Source of the DNA: Ptychomitrium polyphyllum
Lineage: Eukaryota
Length of the DNA: 64,000 bases
NCBI GenBank assembly: GCA_973851085.1
Contig: OZ316776.1
Span: forward strand, 682,001 to 746,000
Reading direction: 5' to 3'
How positions within the stretch are numbered: the first letter of the stretch is position 1; every line of letters starts with the position of its first letter. Under the pieces are notes generated by a model that saw only the letters and a list, made by a program, of their open reading frames with translations, was not told the DNA's origin and ran no database searches. A program made the position numbers and the translations under genes. Of this stretch, positions 24,772 through 37,663 are shown in pieces.

Positions 24772-26062
24772 CTGAAATAATTTGTAGTTGTACTGTTTTG
24801 AATGATGCAATACGTACCTCATTATTCTGTCGGGTCAGGCATGTTCATGAGGAGCCAGGACTGGAATACAAGTATGGTTACCTTCCAGGCTTCCACTAAA
24901 AAACAAATCTAATGCGTGCTGCATAGTGCACTGCTGGGGTTCAAATTGTTCAACTGGATTTGTCGGAGCTGCCATGGTGCTCAAGTCAGGCTCGAGCACC
25001 ATGTGCAACCAACAGGTATTGCTTGCAGGGTAATAGATATTGCTAACAGCATTATTGTCTGGCCATGATGACACGCTGGGACTTGTTCAATTTGATGGAT
25101 TATGATTGTAATGCGAGAACAGGTTCTCAAGCCTGTATATTTATCTTCGGGGCTCAAGTCTGAAATTGGAACCGCAGATTTGCTGTAATAACCGGTTAAT
25201 TTATTGATCCTAATTGATTGGTACAATAAAGTAAATGTCTGTTCTCGTTCGTTGATTAACACCTCAAAATTATTTTTCTGATCAATTTTCAGAGATAAAC
25301 ATCAGATTGTTTGTTGTTTTCGCGGCCTTGTGACAGTAGTACAAGCTCGCTTTTGGTGCTATTCTGTACAGAGTACTTGGAGTTAAACATGTGACTCCAA
25401 GTATGAACTTTTTCTCGAGTACGCAAATACCTTAACTGCCGTATGGTATTTGGTAAGCACAAAGGAAGCAACTTAACTCGTAATTATCAAAAGGAGTGGT
25501 TGTTCCACAGCAGTCTAGGGACAAACTGTCAGTGTCGATTTCATGACGAGGTCGTTTTCATTCCCTGAATTGGAGGTAAGTAAGTACTTACATAGGCCTT
25601 CTCATGTTAAAAGAACCTCGTGACACAATGGATGTTACGACACAACCCAATCGTTCAAAAACTTCGGGTCTGCATCCATTGCTTATTTGATGTGGCTGAA
25701 TAATCAAGAGAAAATGAATCATTTCCGGTGAACCCACTCAGTTCTTCACACTTTCCTGACACAAAAATGAAAATTCGTCTGCCATTTATCATCGGCAGAA
25801 ACGTTGGGAATCTCAGCTCGAAAGGAACTGATTACAGACCCGAAGTTTTCAACCTCCTCAAGTTCTGCGCTGCCTCTACAGATTGGCATTGTACACTAAA
25901 GTTGAAAGGGGCTGTATCCTACTGTAACTACTACTCCCAAGTGCATCAACATGCACGGGTCGCTTTGATCAATGAAGGGTAAATTTTCAACATGACCCCT
26001 CAATATTATGGTACAGCAACGTGACCAAATTTCGTCGACTTAAAAAACGTGCAGTTTGAGTC

Positions 26063-29000
26063 TTACACGAAGTCGAATGCAGCGACAATAGGATACCCAT
26101 CGGATGTAGTCGCCTGGTCATAGTGGGGCTCCTTCCATGATACACACTTGAGTTTTGGTGAAGAAAATACCAGCCCTGCCCCCGGGTCTCTATCTCCAGG
26201 ACTCTTCCAAGGCCCGTTCTGCCCCACATGACTGTCTAAAACGCCAGAAGCCACAGTGGTGTTATACGCATCCGATAACGGTGCCATGTTAAAATCACCT
26301 GATAGTATCAACGGCTTTGTCAGGTTTACTGCACTCGCAATGGCGGCTGCTTGCAGTTTTATATCAGAAGCAAGCACTCCGAAATGGGTGTTCATGACTT
26401 GCAAACGTTTCCCACGGAACTCAAGATCCGCTTGTTGGAAGCACGCGTTCTCTCCATGCCTAGATGGGAGGACCCGCGAGTCACTATGGAGCAGTCTTTG
26501 AGTTGACAGAATTGCGCATCCCCAGGTGTCCGCTGTAGTAGCTGGTGCATACCAACTGAATAGTTTGAGCTTCGTTGACCAAAAATCAATCTGTAGACAG
26601 AAAAAGCAGTATCAGGTGTAATTTCCTGATCCGAAGATTTTTAGCCAATCATAGAGAATGAAATCACGAAAATAGTAAGTCAGAATGTAAAGGATTAAAT
26701 TTTACCAAGTCCAAGTTTCCATGAACGATGTGCATCGTATCCGTCTCCTGCAACCTGGTACATGATTCACAAAAAGCAATCACTCCAAAGTATGCACCGG
26801 AATTTGGATGTCAACATGCTTCACTTTAACTAAGAAACTGGATAATTCTTAAGTGCAAGAAATGCCAGAACAAAATATTTTAGAACAAAATAGTAGGGAA
26901 GATGTAACGAACGTAGTAATGTGAGGTCGCTCAGCATCAAGCATGTTGTATATCGAGTCGTAATTAACACTTCCACTCTTGCTAAACCCTTGCTGTATGT
27001 TGAAATTAAGCACCCGAAGCACGGGACTGACACCTCTCCATGCTGGTCCAGGGTGTAACCGTATGCTCAAGCCAACAGCCACGAAAATCCCGACTACAAT
27101 CATCAGGCACGCCAGTGCCTGCACAATCCAATCAACCATCTGTAAGTTTATGAAGCGCACATAACAAGCTGTAATGCCAAGTACAGCGTTCTAAAACACC
27201 ATCAAAGGGTTTTCTGTGCATCGTTCTAAAGCGAGCGAGAACAGAACGAGCTTCAGAACTCCTAATCTTATAGATCTTACAAAGAAACTCTTAATCTTAC
27301 GGATCTCTCCGTTACGACCTCCTCTCTCCTTTAGGACCATTTTATTGTCAGTACTACACTTTTCTACTATCTGTGAATTTTCAAAACATGCTCTCTGATT
27401 CTCAACAGGGTTTTTATATGCGTTTTCAAACTCCAAGTTATCGTTTCCATTTTTTCTATTAACCTCGATATCCAGAACATATATCCAAAACAAACAGAGT
27501 GAAGTCGACCCAAGTTATGGTAATCGTGAAGACAATTACCTGACGTCCGGGTACACCGCTGCCCCAAGAGATCCGGACGGTACCCAACCTAGCCCCACAA
27601 GCCCGGCGCTCCGAATTTGTAACCTCAGGACCTCTCCCAAGTCCAAGTCCGATGCCAGCCACAGAACAACCCAGCAACAGTCCTCTTGTCCCACGCAGTG
27701 CCATACAGCCTGGAATGAACTCATACGCAACAAGGGCTGTACTCCAAACCACCAAACTCAAGTAGATCACAGAACTCAACGCTAAACCGATTCCAGAGTA
27801 CACTCCAACGATATTCCGAGCCATCATGACCCACATTGATGGCAGCATTAGGACTAGAAACAAGACACCAGTGATTGCAAACGGAGTACTCCACATCATC
27901 ATCACTGCGCCCACGAGCGCAACTATCCATGCCAATAGCCCGTGTACTCGCTTGAGCCAAATAGACCGCGCTGCTTCAGCTGCAAGGGCCATGCCCACCC
28001 CAAGCGTGCAGATCACGAGCGGCCCTCCCCACGTGACGGAGAATCCCAGCCAGCGCGCCATCGTCGTTGGCGCTGTGAAGAGCCAGTGGGTCAGGAACCA
28101 GAGGCACCCGGAGCCGATTCCCATCTGCACGGTACGCAAGGCAACGCTTGCTTTGAACTTCCACCTGCGCTGCCGGAACGTTTCGTCGTCGACGTCGCTG
28201 TCAGTGTCACAGTGGCCCTCCTTAACCCACGGGACCTCCTCGCCTTCTTTCCAGCGACGGACATCGCCGTCGTCGATCATGTGATGGTGACTTTCGCTCC
28301 GGAGGGGACTGTCGTTACGAAGGGGGCTGGTTCCATGTTTGAACACACTTCCCGTCCTCACTGGACTATTGGCTAAGTCACGTAGACCCCCACGGTCGAA
28401 ACTTGGGTGCCGTGGTGACGCTCTGGGTGTCGACCGTGGCGATGACCGTGGAGAGTCTTGCCCTTCTCGATGCTCCTGAGTGCGAAGAGCTCGAAGCTCT
28501 TTTGGCAGCCTACTTTCGAGATCGAGGACGTCGTGGCTGTTTACGGCTAGAAGAGAAATGCCTTCTGTGTCGTCCATATAGTCGTCATCTGAACCGGAAT
28601 CGACAATATCTGTAGGTTGACCTTCAAATGCTTTCGCCTCCAGCTGAGACACATCCTCTGTGAGGAGCAGAAGGGCTGTGCCAACGCCGGGTATTACACC
28701 CAGTAAGAAGAAACCCCACCATCGCGCTACAAGGGGGTTGATCCCCATGTTCACCCATCGCAGCACCTGACCACAATTTTAAAGAGCGTCAGAATTTCTG
28801 CCACAATGCAATTTACAAATCAAAGTAACATCTGTAAACTTCAAAACGTCAAATTCCTACCCTCACAATTATAAGACAAATCAGATGAATTGTCAAGAAA
28901 AACAGAGGTTGATTTCTTTCAACAGCTCACCTGGAGAAGAAGGATGCCACCACTCATTCCAAACGCTGCGCGACGCCGGCGTGCACGCGAAACTGCCCAC

Positions 29001-29362
29001 AAGCTGTCAATAACATAAATCCCGAGAATTCCTACCGTTGTACCTGAGAAGGCAAGACGTATGAGAGGGCCCCAGAAGAATTGGCCGCCGATGCCAACCA
29101 GTCCACAGAGCAGCAAGAGTGGTCGCGACCATATGTGGCCCTGCACATGCGCTCGCAGGACTGGATGAGCAAGCACGAGCGGTGGCGAGAACAGGTAGAC
29201 CACGAGCGTGATCTCCTTCGACAATCCACCATTCTGCAACTGGAACCAGTAAAGGTTTCGCAAGAACTCCACAAGGCCTGTCCAGTACACGAGACCAACG
29301 TACGCCTCGCCCCATAACTGCACGGCTGGTTGCACTGCCGCAACCCACTCCCACCTCCGCAT
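26063..29362 (-). CDS. CWH43/PGAP2-interacting-protein-like multipass membrane protein with a C-terminal endonuclease/exonuclease/phosphatase (EEP) domain, 5 exons
   Basis: Exons approx. 29362-28931, 28766-27540, 27139-26913, 26754-26706, 26590-26063. Many hydrophobic segments, then NFNIQQGF, LQETD, TWGCAILS, LPSRHGENA, NTHFG and LSGDFN. Start codon uncertain. Confidence 0.8.
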
Positions 29363-32300
29363 TGCGCCTGATGGCCATTTCACCCTGCATCATGCTACAG
29401 TCGCCGTTACATAAGCCATGATCGCACACACCACTTGCATATCACAATGGGACGCCCCCATTAGCCTTCCTGGCTTTCCAACATCGTCGTAACATCACAC
29501 GACAACCCCAGCGCACGATCACCGTGCTTTCTTACATTGCCCAAAAGAAGGTCAAAAACCTCCACGCATGCATTTCAAGTATACAGACGACGTTCACGGC
29601 TTCCCAGTGTACATCTACAATCTCTTGCCAGGATTACGAAGCTTCTTGCAGTTTTTGGGACAAGCGAAATGGCATTCATGACGACAAAGTTTCGTAAAGG
29701 CACATTACATGCGCTTGCACATCTCGTCCGGCCGCCCGGATCGCGGCATACTGTCGCTCATCATCATCTCATCTCCTATCCAACTTCCTCGCCGTGCGAC
29801 GCTTCATCAACCTACACAAAAACCAGAAAACAAACTTTCATTCGTCTTGATCGAACTCATCTCAAAGCAAACACAAATATTCTCGAAGTACGATATGGGA
29901 GCTGCTCATCAAAAACCCCAAACACCATCCACAACCTCAACATCACTCCCAACCGCAAGAACCTCCACCCGAACTCCCAACCAGCAACCTTACCACGAAA
30001 CTCCCCCACATTACACTCCATTCTCCGAAATACAAACAACACCTCGCAATGTCACCACAAGAACCAGTATGAAGCTCCAAACCCTACTCCCCTGTACCCA
30101 GAGCTCCCCACCATCGCCATGAGCTCCACACTAACCAGAAACTCAGCATTTGCGCCCCAATCTTCACATTGTAGATCCGAGCATCACTCATGCAACGAAA
30201 CCAAGCGCACAAGCATCCTCCTTTCTCACTTCGTGTGTCTCGAATCAACCAATCATGAGTGAGCCCTGTTGGCTCGGATCAGAAGGGAATCGCGCGGGAT
30301 CACGCCATAGCTGCTATGTCTTGGTGACGATATTACAAAGGCGGAGGCATCATTGCATTGCGAGTCCACCAGGTTTTTCCAAAATAAGACTGCAATAATC
30401 CTTATTGCGGAAGAGAGTTGCTTTCTTTAGCTCTACCTCGAGCGCTCCGGGAGCTTCCCTACAGGTAAGATGCACTTCCACCAGATGCCAGCTGAGCTCC
30501 AAACCAAGACAAAATACTTGACAAAAACTCGGCAAAAACTCTTCAGAAACTTACGCCCCGGACTTGTGTGAAAGTTTGGGAGCTCTAGTCTGCCAAACTC
30601 TTTTAATCTACTCTGCTTATTATATCCATTTTTGAAGCATATGTTCAAGGATAATAATAGGCGGCTGACCCACCAAGGCGAAAATAGATGGCTGACACAC
30701 AGCCTGTGTGGAAAATATTTCAAGGCCTTCAGAATCGTTTCTGAGAAAAAGAAAATGAAAAGAATTGAGGAGATGTTTATCGATTGACTTGTGAGTTTAG
30801 TACGGGTGAAGTGAGTTTAAGTTTACTTTTTTGACGGTTTGGAGGAGGCTCGGAGAGAAAAACGTGTTGAGTGTGCATAGCTCTTGACATTGGCTGTGGT
30901 GATCTGCAGTAATGGAATTCATTTTTTGTGGATTGTGTGGGAATCTACGTTGATTTAGGGCCGGTGAATCAGCATAGCCCGAGCGTGGTTGTAGGTGGTT
31001 ACGAAATATTCAGTGGAAGTACTCCACTTTTGGAGTCAAGGGGAATGGACTAAAGGTCCAAACTGTGTTCGAATATACTAGGAATATCCTTAGCATACCT
31101 CAAATTCTTACCGTCAGATCGATGAAGATGTAAAATAGAAACGGGTGAGAACCTTACTGCTGCAGAATGTTGTGACCAGTTTACAACGTTTCAGTGGGAT
31201 CGTTTATAGCGAAATCCGGCATATAAGTTTTAAGGTGAATTGTACGATCATTTGGGCCATGACAAATTGACAGGTACTGACCTACTTGGTCGTCAAATAT
31301 TTTCCGGGCAAACTCTTCAAAACCTGAAGAGTTGTTCTGTTGTGTTTTCATAGTCACCATCGGTCCACTTGGAGAGCAAATGTCATGCACGGTTGTGCAG
31401 CAGGTGTACCCAGTACCGGGGGTCCTGAGAAGCAGACTGGAGCACATGGTTTCCAGAACAATTGCAAATATATTCACATGAGTGCTTCTATGCAAGCATT
31501 TGAAGTGTCCTAGCGTTGGTTTGATGTCAATGTTTCAATTGTAGTACCAACCGTGTAGTGTGTAGCAGATAACTAATTTTCCGAAGTACATAAGTCAGGC
31601 TTCATTCATGACTAGGCTACACTGGAATGAGCAGAAGATTGGAACTTACGAGTTACTGAGAAAGACTGACTACAAGAATCGTCACTCGGGTCTCGAGGGA
31701 TTCATATTTTTTCTGGAAGTGTAACAGGATTGCCAGTCGATTGGAAAAGTCAGCAATTGAAGGAGTTTAGCTCTCACACTCTGGGAACTGACAGGGACCA
31801 AAGGGCAGGGCTAAAGAGCTTTGAAAATTCTACGATGAAGTAACGCAGCTATTGAACTGTGATGACTTTAGACAAGGTTTTCCAACAGAGCTCACGAGCT
31901 CAACCATTACACCTGAGGACGAACTAGTGAATAAATTGAAGGTGACTATTCAGCACATGATGTGGCAATTTCCTATAGGTGAGAGTTTGAGGTGGCACAC
32001 CCTTTTGGATCTTCTCTCTCCTCTCATTCCCAGCACAAGGACAATGATAGGAGTCCATATAAGTGAAGCTCGAGGAATACTCCAACCCTAAACATGGTTA
32101 CAAGAGGAGAAACTCCGGACAGGCGCTCCATAACAAGTGAGAATCTTAGAGAACTAGTTATCAGCAACCTGGAGAAATCGAAGTCATAAAGGTGATGATA
32201 CTTTTGCGCCTCATGTCATGTAAACATATGAGATTCGATAAGATGAAGCAGTATTCAACTAGTGATTCTGTTTCATGATTCCTCAAACTGCATGCAGATG

Positions 32301-33129
32301 GGTATCTTTGAAGACAAGACCAGCACAAACACACGAGATACAGACAGTAAAATTAAAGCGTTTCTACAGAGGATTATATACAGTCCTGCTTAATAAAATC
32401 TTACTTTAAAAACGATTCAAGAAGCTCCAATTGTGGTATCTTGAATTCAAGAAACCTGAGCAACAGGAGGAAAATATCTGGGTACAGGAAATTTAATACT
32501 CTCTCAGCTCATTCAGATACTATTTCACCACCTCTAATGATTTCACAACTTCGTTGTTTAATACTTACAGGTTGATCAAAGGGTCACCAGGCCTCGCCAG
32601 CTCATAACATTAGAAGATTGTTAACAAAAGTGACTACTGCTACTCTGCTTTATCATCTAGAACACTAACCCTAACTTCTCAAATGCAAAGTTGCCATACC
32701 ATGAGTAACCATAATAAGACGTACAGAGCAGAAGTGGTCCTTCTAGGTAATTTCACAAGACATGATTAAAACTAACCCCAACAAGTTCAGATTACAAATT
32801 TCGATTACCTATCTTTGAAAATCTTTGAAATGTTTTGTACTTCATTGTAAGCGCCTATGCTCGTAAACACCAACTGCAGGTTATCATTTACATCATACTG
32901 CACCTGCAGCATAGAAGCTTGTCAATGAGGACAGCTATCAAACTCCGGACAATAGGACATAAATCTCACAATGAAAGGCCCACATGTTCAAAGGAGCATC
33001 GTGAAACCACTGCTAATTCATAACCAAGCACAAGTTATACTAAAGTAAAACAGTAATGATCCTAAAGAGCTCTAAGACTCTAGAAAAAGGGTTGAATGAT
33101 GCAACTAGAAAGAGCTTGTCTAAAAGGTA

Positions 33130-34302
33130 ATGGGCAACATTGGAAGCACCACCACATGGGTTGTAGGAGGGCCCGTCGGGCTAGGTCTAGCGGCCTACAT
33201 GTATGACACACAAATACGTGACCGAAGGCGTAATGGAAGCTCAAGGGCACTTGTACCTGAACTTCCAGAAGAAGTTGTCGATCGAATACAGGCCTATCTT
33301 CCGGTATCATCCTACTTCAGGTCACGAACAGTATCAAAGAAGTGGCATGCCAGTCTATTTGCACCCAGCTTCTCCGAGATACGGATGCAAGTGCATCCAC
33401 GTGAATCATGGCTGTTCATACTATCCTACCGAAGGTGCAGAAACTGGTCACATGCGTATGATCCTGCATTTGATAAGTGGCATAAAGTGCCTCTAAATTT
33501 CCTTCCTCCTGATTACATATACCCAACAGCAGCTTCTGGAGGGCTCTTGTGTATCCGAGCATACGTTGATGGAGATCAAGTCCTTTCGGTTTGCAACCCC
33601 CTCTTGAAGTCATGGAGGGCCTTACCTCCATGGCAAGAAGATCGAATCGACCCTGTTATTGGCATTTATGTTGATTCTTCTACTCGGAACTACCAAATCA
33701 TTGCTGTCGGAAGCTATGAATCAGGTGCTCTGACTGAAGTATATGATTCACGCTCCAACAGGTGGGCTATGATGGGAAGCCTCCCTCGTAAAATGTCGTT
33801 TGCAAGGACTGCATTTTGCAATGGACAGTTCTATTGCATGACTTCAGGTCCTCCTGATGCCCTCCTTGCATACAACATGGAACTTGGGGTGTGGCGGGTT
33901 GTACCGGTTTCACGGCCGGCCTTTCTATGGTATGGTGACTTGGCCGAGCATCGTGGGCATTTGTTGCTCATTGGTGCTGTGCGAGTGGACCAAACATTTG
34001 AAGGAGTGAAGATATGGGAGCTACAGGAGTCAACAGCCGAGTGGCTGGAGGTTGAATCAATGCCAGAGCGTCTCTTCAAGGAGTTCTATCGGAAAGGGAG
34101 GATGTTTTATTCTTTCCAATGTGTTGGCTCTGGGAATCTTCTCTACCTCCATGTGAAGAAAACCCCTCGCATATTAGTTTGTGATCTAGGTCAAAACCCT
34201 GCAAACTGGCGTTGGCTTCCAAACAGCCCTACATGTGCTGATTGGTCCGAGGTCTCCATATGGGGTTTTTGTATTGACTCTCGTCTGTGTGCTTCAATAT
34301 AG
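33130..34302 (+). CDS. F-box protein with a kelch-like/F-box-associated beta-propeller; CDS is intronless
   Basis: F-box LPEEVVDRIQAYLPVSSYFRSRTVSKKW; plant motifs AASGGLLC, VCNPLLKSWRALP and TEVYDSRSNRW; 390-aa uninterrupted ORF. Confidence 0.93.
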   Translation: MGNIGSTTTWVVGGPVGLGLAAYMYDTQIRDRRRNGSSRALVPELPEEVVDRIQAYLPVSSYFRSRTVSKKWHASLFAPSFSEIRMQVHPRESWLFILSYRRCRNWSHAYDPAFDKWHKVPLNFLPPDYIYPTAASGGLLCIRAYVDGDQVLSVCNPLLKSWRALPPWQEDRIDPVIGIYVDSSTRNYQIIAVGSYESGALTEVYDSRSNRWAMMGSLPRKMSFARTAFCNGQFYCMTSGPPDALLAYNMELGVWRVVPVSRPAFLWYGDLAEHRGHLLLIGAVRVDQTFEGVKIWELQESTAEWLEVESMPERLFKEFYRKGRMFYSFQCVGSGNLLYLHVKKTPRILVCDLGQNPANWRWLPNSPTCADWSEVSIWGFCIDSRLCASI

Positions 34303-35765
34303 CCCAAAAACGAACGTCAACTTCTTCCTAACCGAATCTAAGAAAGAGAAAGCGCCACATAAAAACTGCAAAAGCATGACCTTAATACGCTCCTAATCTG
34401 GCCCTTTATAGTCCAGTGTTCATCAAATTGAACCAGTTTAGAACAAGATGGTCTTGAAAACACACCGAGCTCTGCGATTAGCTGTCCTTATTTATGAACA
34501 TCTGACAAAGAAGCTAATTTCTTCAAAAACTCCAGAAGTGAGCGAGTACCTGGTCGCGATCTCAGTCATGAAATGATAACTTCTATTTCTGTTTTGAGAC
34601 AACTTGTCTTTCACCAAGTACTCTTTTTTCTGCAACGTGAGAAGCCTCCCTGGACTCCAAAGTAGGATAATACAATGCGCTCCCTGCAATCTACCATTAC
34701 AACAAGATGATTGTTACACGCCATGTTGAAACTTCAGACATACTCTAAATATGCATGTTCATCCTCGCAGACGTTCAAAAAATGACATATCTCAGAATAC
34801 AAATAGTTGTAGATTAAGTATAACATACCAGGTGAGGGTCTTCAAGCAAAAGATGCACGCAACACATGACCTTGGAAGCTCTGTCAAAGAAGTCTTTGCA
34901 AGAAAAAACCTTGAGAGGTTGAATTTCTTGAAACAGTTTCCACTAATGTTTTTATTAGACATTACGAATTAAAAAAAATTGCCCCGAAAATGAGACTGAA
35001 GCAAGGGGCTACAATGCCATGAAACTTCAACTACTTCCAAGAGGTATTGTCGATGCAAGCCCCCATCGCCCTGCCTCTTGTCCACCTAGTGCCTAGAATT
35101 TTGAGTAGAGGCCCTACCGTTCCAAGTTCAGATCCTATCGCTGGTTTGAAAATTATTAACATCCAAGAACTCGATTCAGCTGATAAGGAATCGAATGAAT
35201 AGATCATTTTAACAGTTACTCGGTACTACTAGGAAAGATACTACTTTGGAGGTTTCTGAGCCTCAGCCCCAAATTTGCATCCTTCATTACAACAATGCAA
35301 TTGAGACAGCTCAAGAATTTCCTTGATGATGTCTTCTGCATCATTCCAAATATGGCCAGTGGCCAGTATCCAAGGAGCCGCTGCCGTGGTCTACCTCAGT
35401 GAGCTGCTACATCTGGAAAGCTACGATAAACAAGTCAAGGGATTGGCAAAATAAGTCCATTGTGCAGCCATCCAAGAAACCTACGCATTGACAGAGCGGT
35501 TCCTTCGTTGCACACATCGTTACAGCATACAAGCCTGGTTGTTCACACGAATTTCAACTACCGTCAACCCTTGACTTGAGCATAAAAAGAGAGATTAATT
35601 GCAGTTCAATGAGAATCCTTACGCGATTGGAAAAGAGCTCATGTTGCAAGCGCATCAGCAGCGTCCACGCCACACATTCAACCGATTGCAGCTTCTTCCC
35701 CGCTTTAACAATTATTGGAGCTATCTCTTTTGACCTCCGGGTCTCTTGATGATTCGGTCTCCAGG

Positions 35766-37663
35766 TCAATTATCAGTCACTACGAGGGGTGCAGCCTTTC
35801 GTGCATGACCCATGCTGTTCACAAGAGACTTACGTGTGCATACAGGAAACATATTCAGATGCAAAATAGGTAACCTGTGCAGTATGTACGGAAAACTAAG
35901 CTGATCGCGTGCAGTGAAGCGCATCACCTCATTGAACCAAACACACATAAATAGGTTGGTCGCTGCTGTGTGCTCCCGCACAATAACAGAGGCTTCCGCG
36001 AGGGCTTTATGACCGGCAATGCGAAGATTTTCAGGCATGCCTTCTAAACGATAAGTATCAAGTTGTATTGCAACTTCCTCTGGTGATGCTTTGTGTTTTT
36101 GCACAATAGCAACTGCCTCCTTATAGACACAACTCCGTGCGCCATGTTCTGAAATGGCAAAATCTGATCCAGGTTTCCACAAGAGCGCCTCCAACACACC
36201 CATAGGATCCCTCCGAAACTGAGACTTCGAATCCGTCCAGATGCTAAATTGAGCGTTAGGAAATAATCGGTGACCTAGCATTTTAGGAATCTTTCCGTTC
36301 TTCCGCTGGTCAGCAAAGGGCAAGTTCCGCACGAGCACAACACGCCAAAGCCCAATCTTGCGATCTATATCTAATCTGTTGCCAGCTTCCTCCTGTGTCT
36401 GCTTGGTCACTTCATCCCAAAATGCGACATAACAGACCTTGGAAGCCGTGGCGTTGACAAGGCCAATGGGTTGATAAAGATTGTCACCACCCCCAAAAGT
36501 ACACGTAATTACTACCACCCTACACGTCTCCATAAATGCGGTATCAACAGCATCAGTGTCAAATCCACTGCCAGAGCACCATCCACAATGCACCTCCATA
36601 GTATCCTGCACCTTAAAGCTAGCCATCCGCTCTGCGAGTGTTGGATCTCCAGCAAAACTTCGACCGCCTTCTAGATAATGTATTTCCGTGACTACTGAGT
36701 CTTTCGTTGGCGGCAGTTGTAGCTGCTCTAGTTCACTCTCAGGAAGCAGCTGCAAACAAGCTGTCTTCCACACCACATATTGATTCAGTACAGCGCATAA
36801 ATGTGCCCAAACGATTGACAAGTGAAAACATAAAACGCCAGTCTTTGACCTATATGACTCCTTGCAAACAAGAGACATGAAAGGCGAAGGGACAATACAT
36901 CAAGAAAAGCTCTCCTGCAGGACCATCATTTAAACTGCATGAAACCCATCCTCTCTCTCTATCTATGCAAAAAACACAATGCTGAAGCAAACCTCCAATG
37001 CTAGATCCCAACACTCAATCCATCCGCTTCTACAAGTACAACCTCAGCATCCTCCAGAAAACCTCTTATCACCGATGCCATAACACGAAAAACATCGCCT
37101 AACTCTCAAACCCTAAACCCCTCTCTAACTCTCACATTCAAATTTTTTTCTAAATCAACAAGTTCACAAGCAGACTCACAAATCGCACTAACAATACACA
37201 ACCAGTTTCTAATTCGTCGCAGAATGAAAATGCACTCCAAAAACCAAATAAAATAAAATAACAGGGGAATAGTACACTAGCCCCGCGCACCTTGCCGCAC
37301 GCCGCCCACGGTCCGCATTGGCATATCCAGCTTATTCAAGTTACTCTCTTTCACGACCTTAGCAGCCCGCGACGCGCCACTCTCGCGCCCGCCATCCCCC
37401 GATCCCGAGTAGTACCGCACCGAAACCAACAAAAACGCCGCCACAAGCAACAAAAGCGCAAACTTCACCCAGCGATCGCGCGAGATGCGCTTCTGGACGG
37501 CGTCGAGGTCCTGCAGCACCGGCAGCACGTCGAAGATGGTCGCTCGCCGTCGCCGCTTCATGGCGGGGCTGTCCTCGGGATCCTCCTCGTCGTCCTGCCC
37601 GGCACTCGAAAACCCTAGCCCCTGGCCGTGGCGATGATGGCCTCCGCCCATCTGCCGCGCCAT
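35766..37663 (-). CDS. DUF616 (TOD1/MUCI70-like) type II membrane glycosyltransferase-like protein, 2 exons
   Basis: Exon 1 37663-37291 with a TM segment (WVKFALLLLVAAFLLVSV); exon 2 36760-35766 with CTFGGGD, NLPFADQRKNGKIPKMLGHRLFP, SIWTDSK and RFTARDQLSF. Confidence 0.9.

Noticed and set aside
29537..30262. 241-aa plus-strand ORF
   Set aside because: Thr/His/Pro/Asn-rich composition expected from the antisense of a G/T-rich leader intron; no domain.
31597..31608. 12-nt match to the miR166 core (caggcttcattc)
   Set aside because: Flanks do not match the mature miRNA and there is no convincing miRNA* arm.
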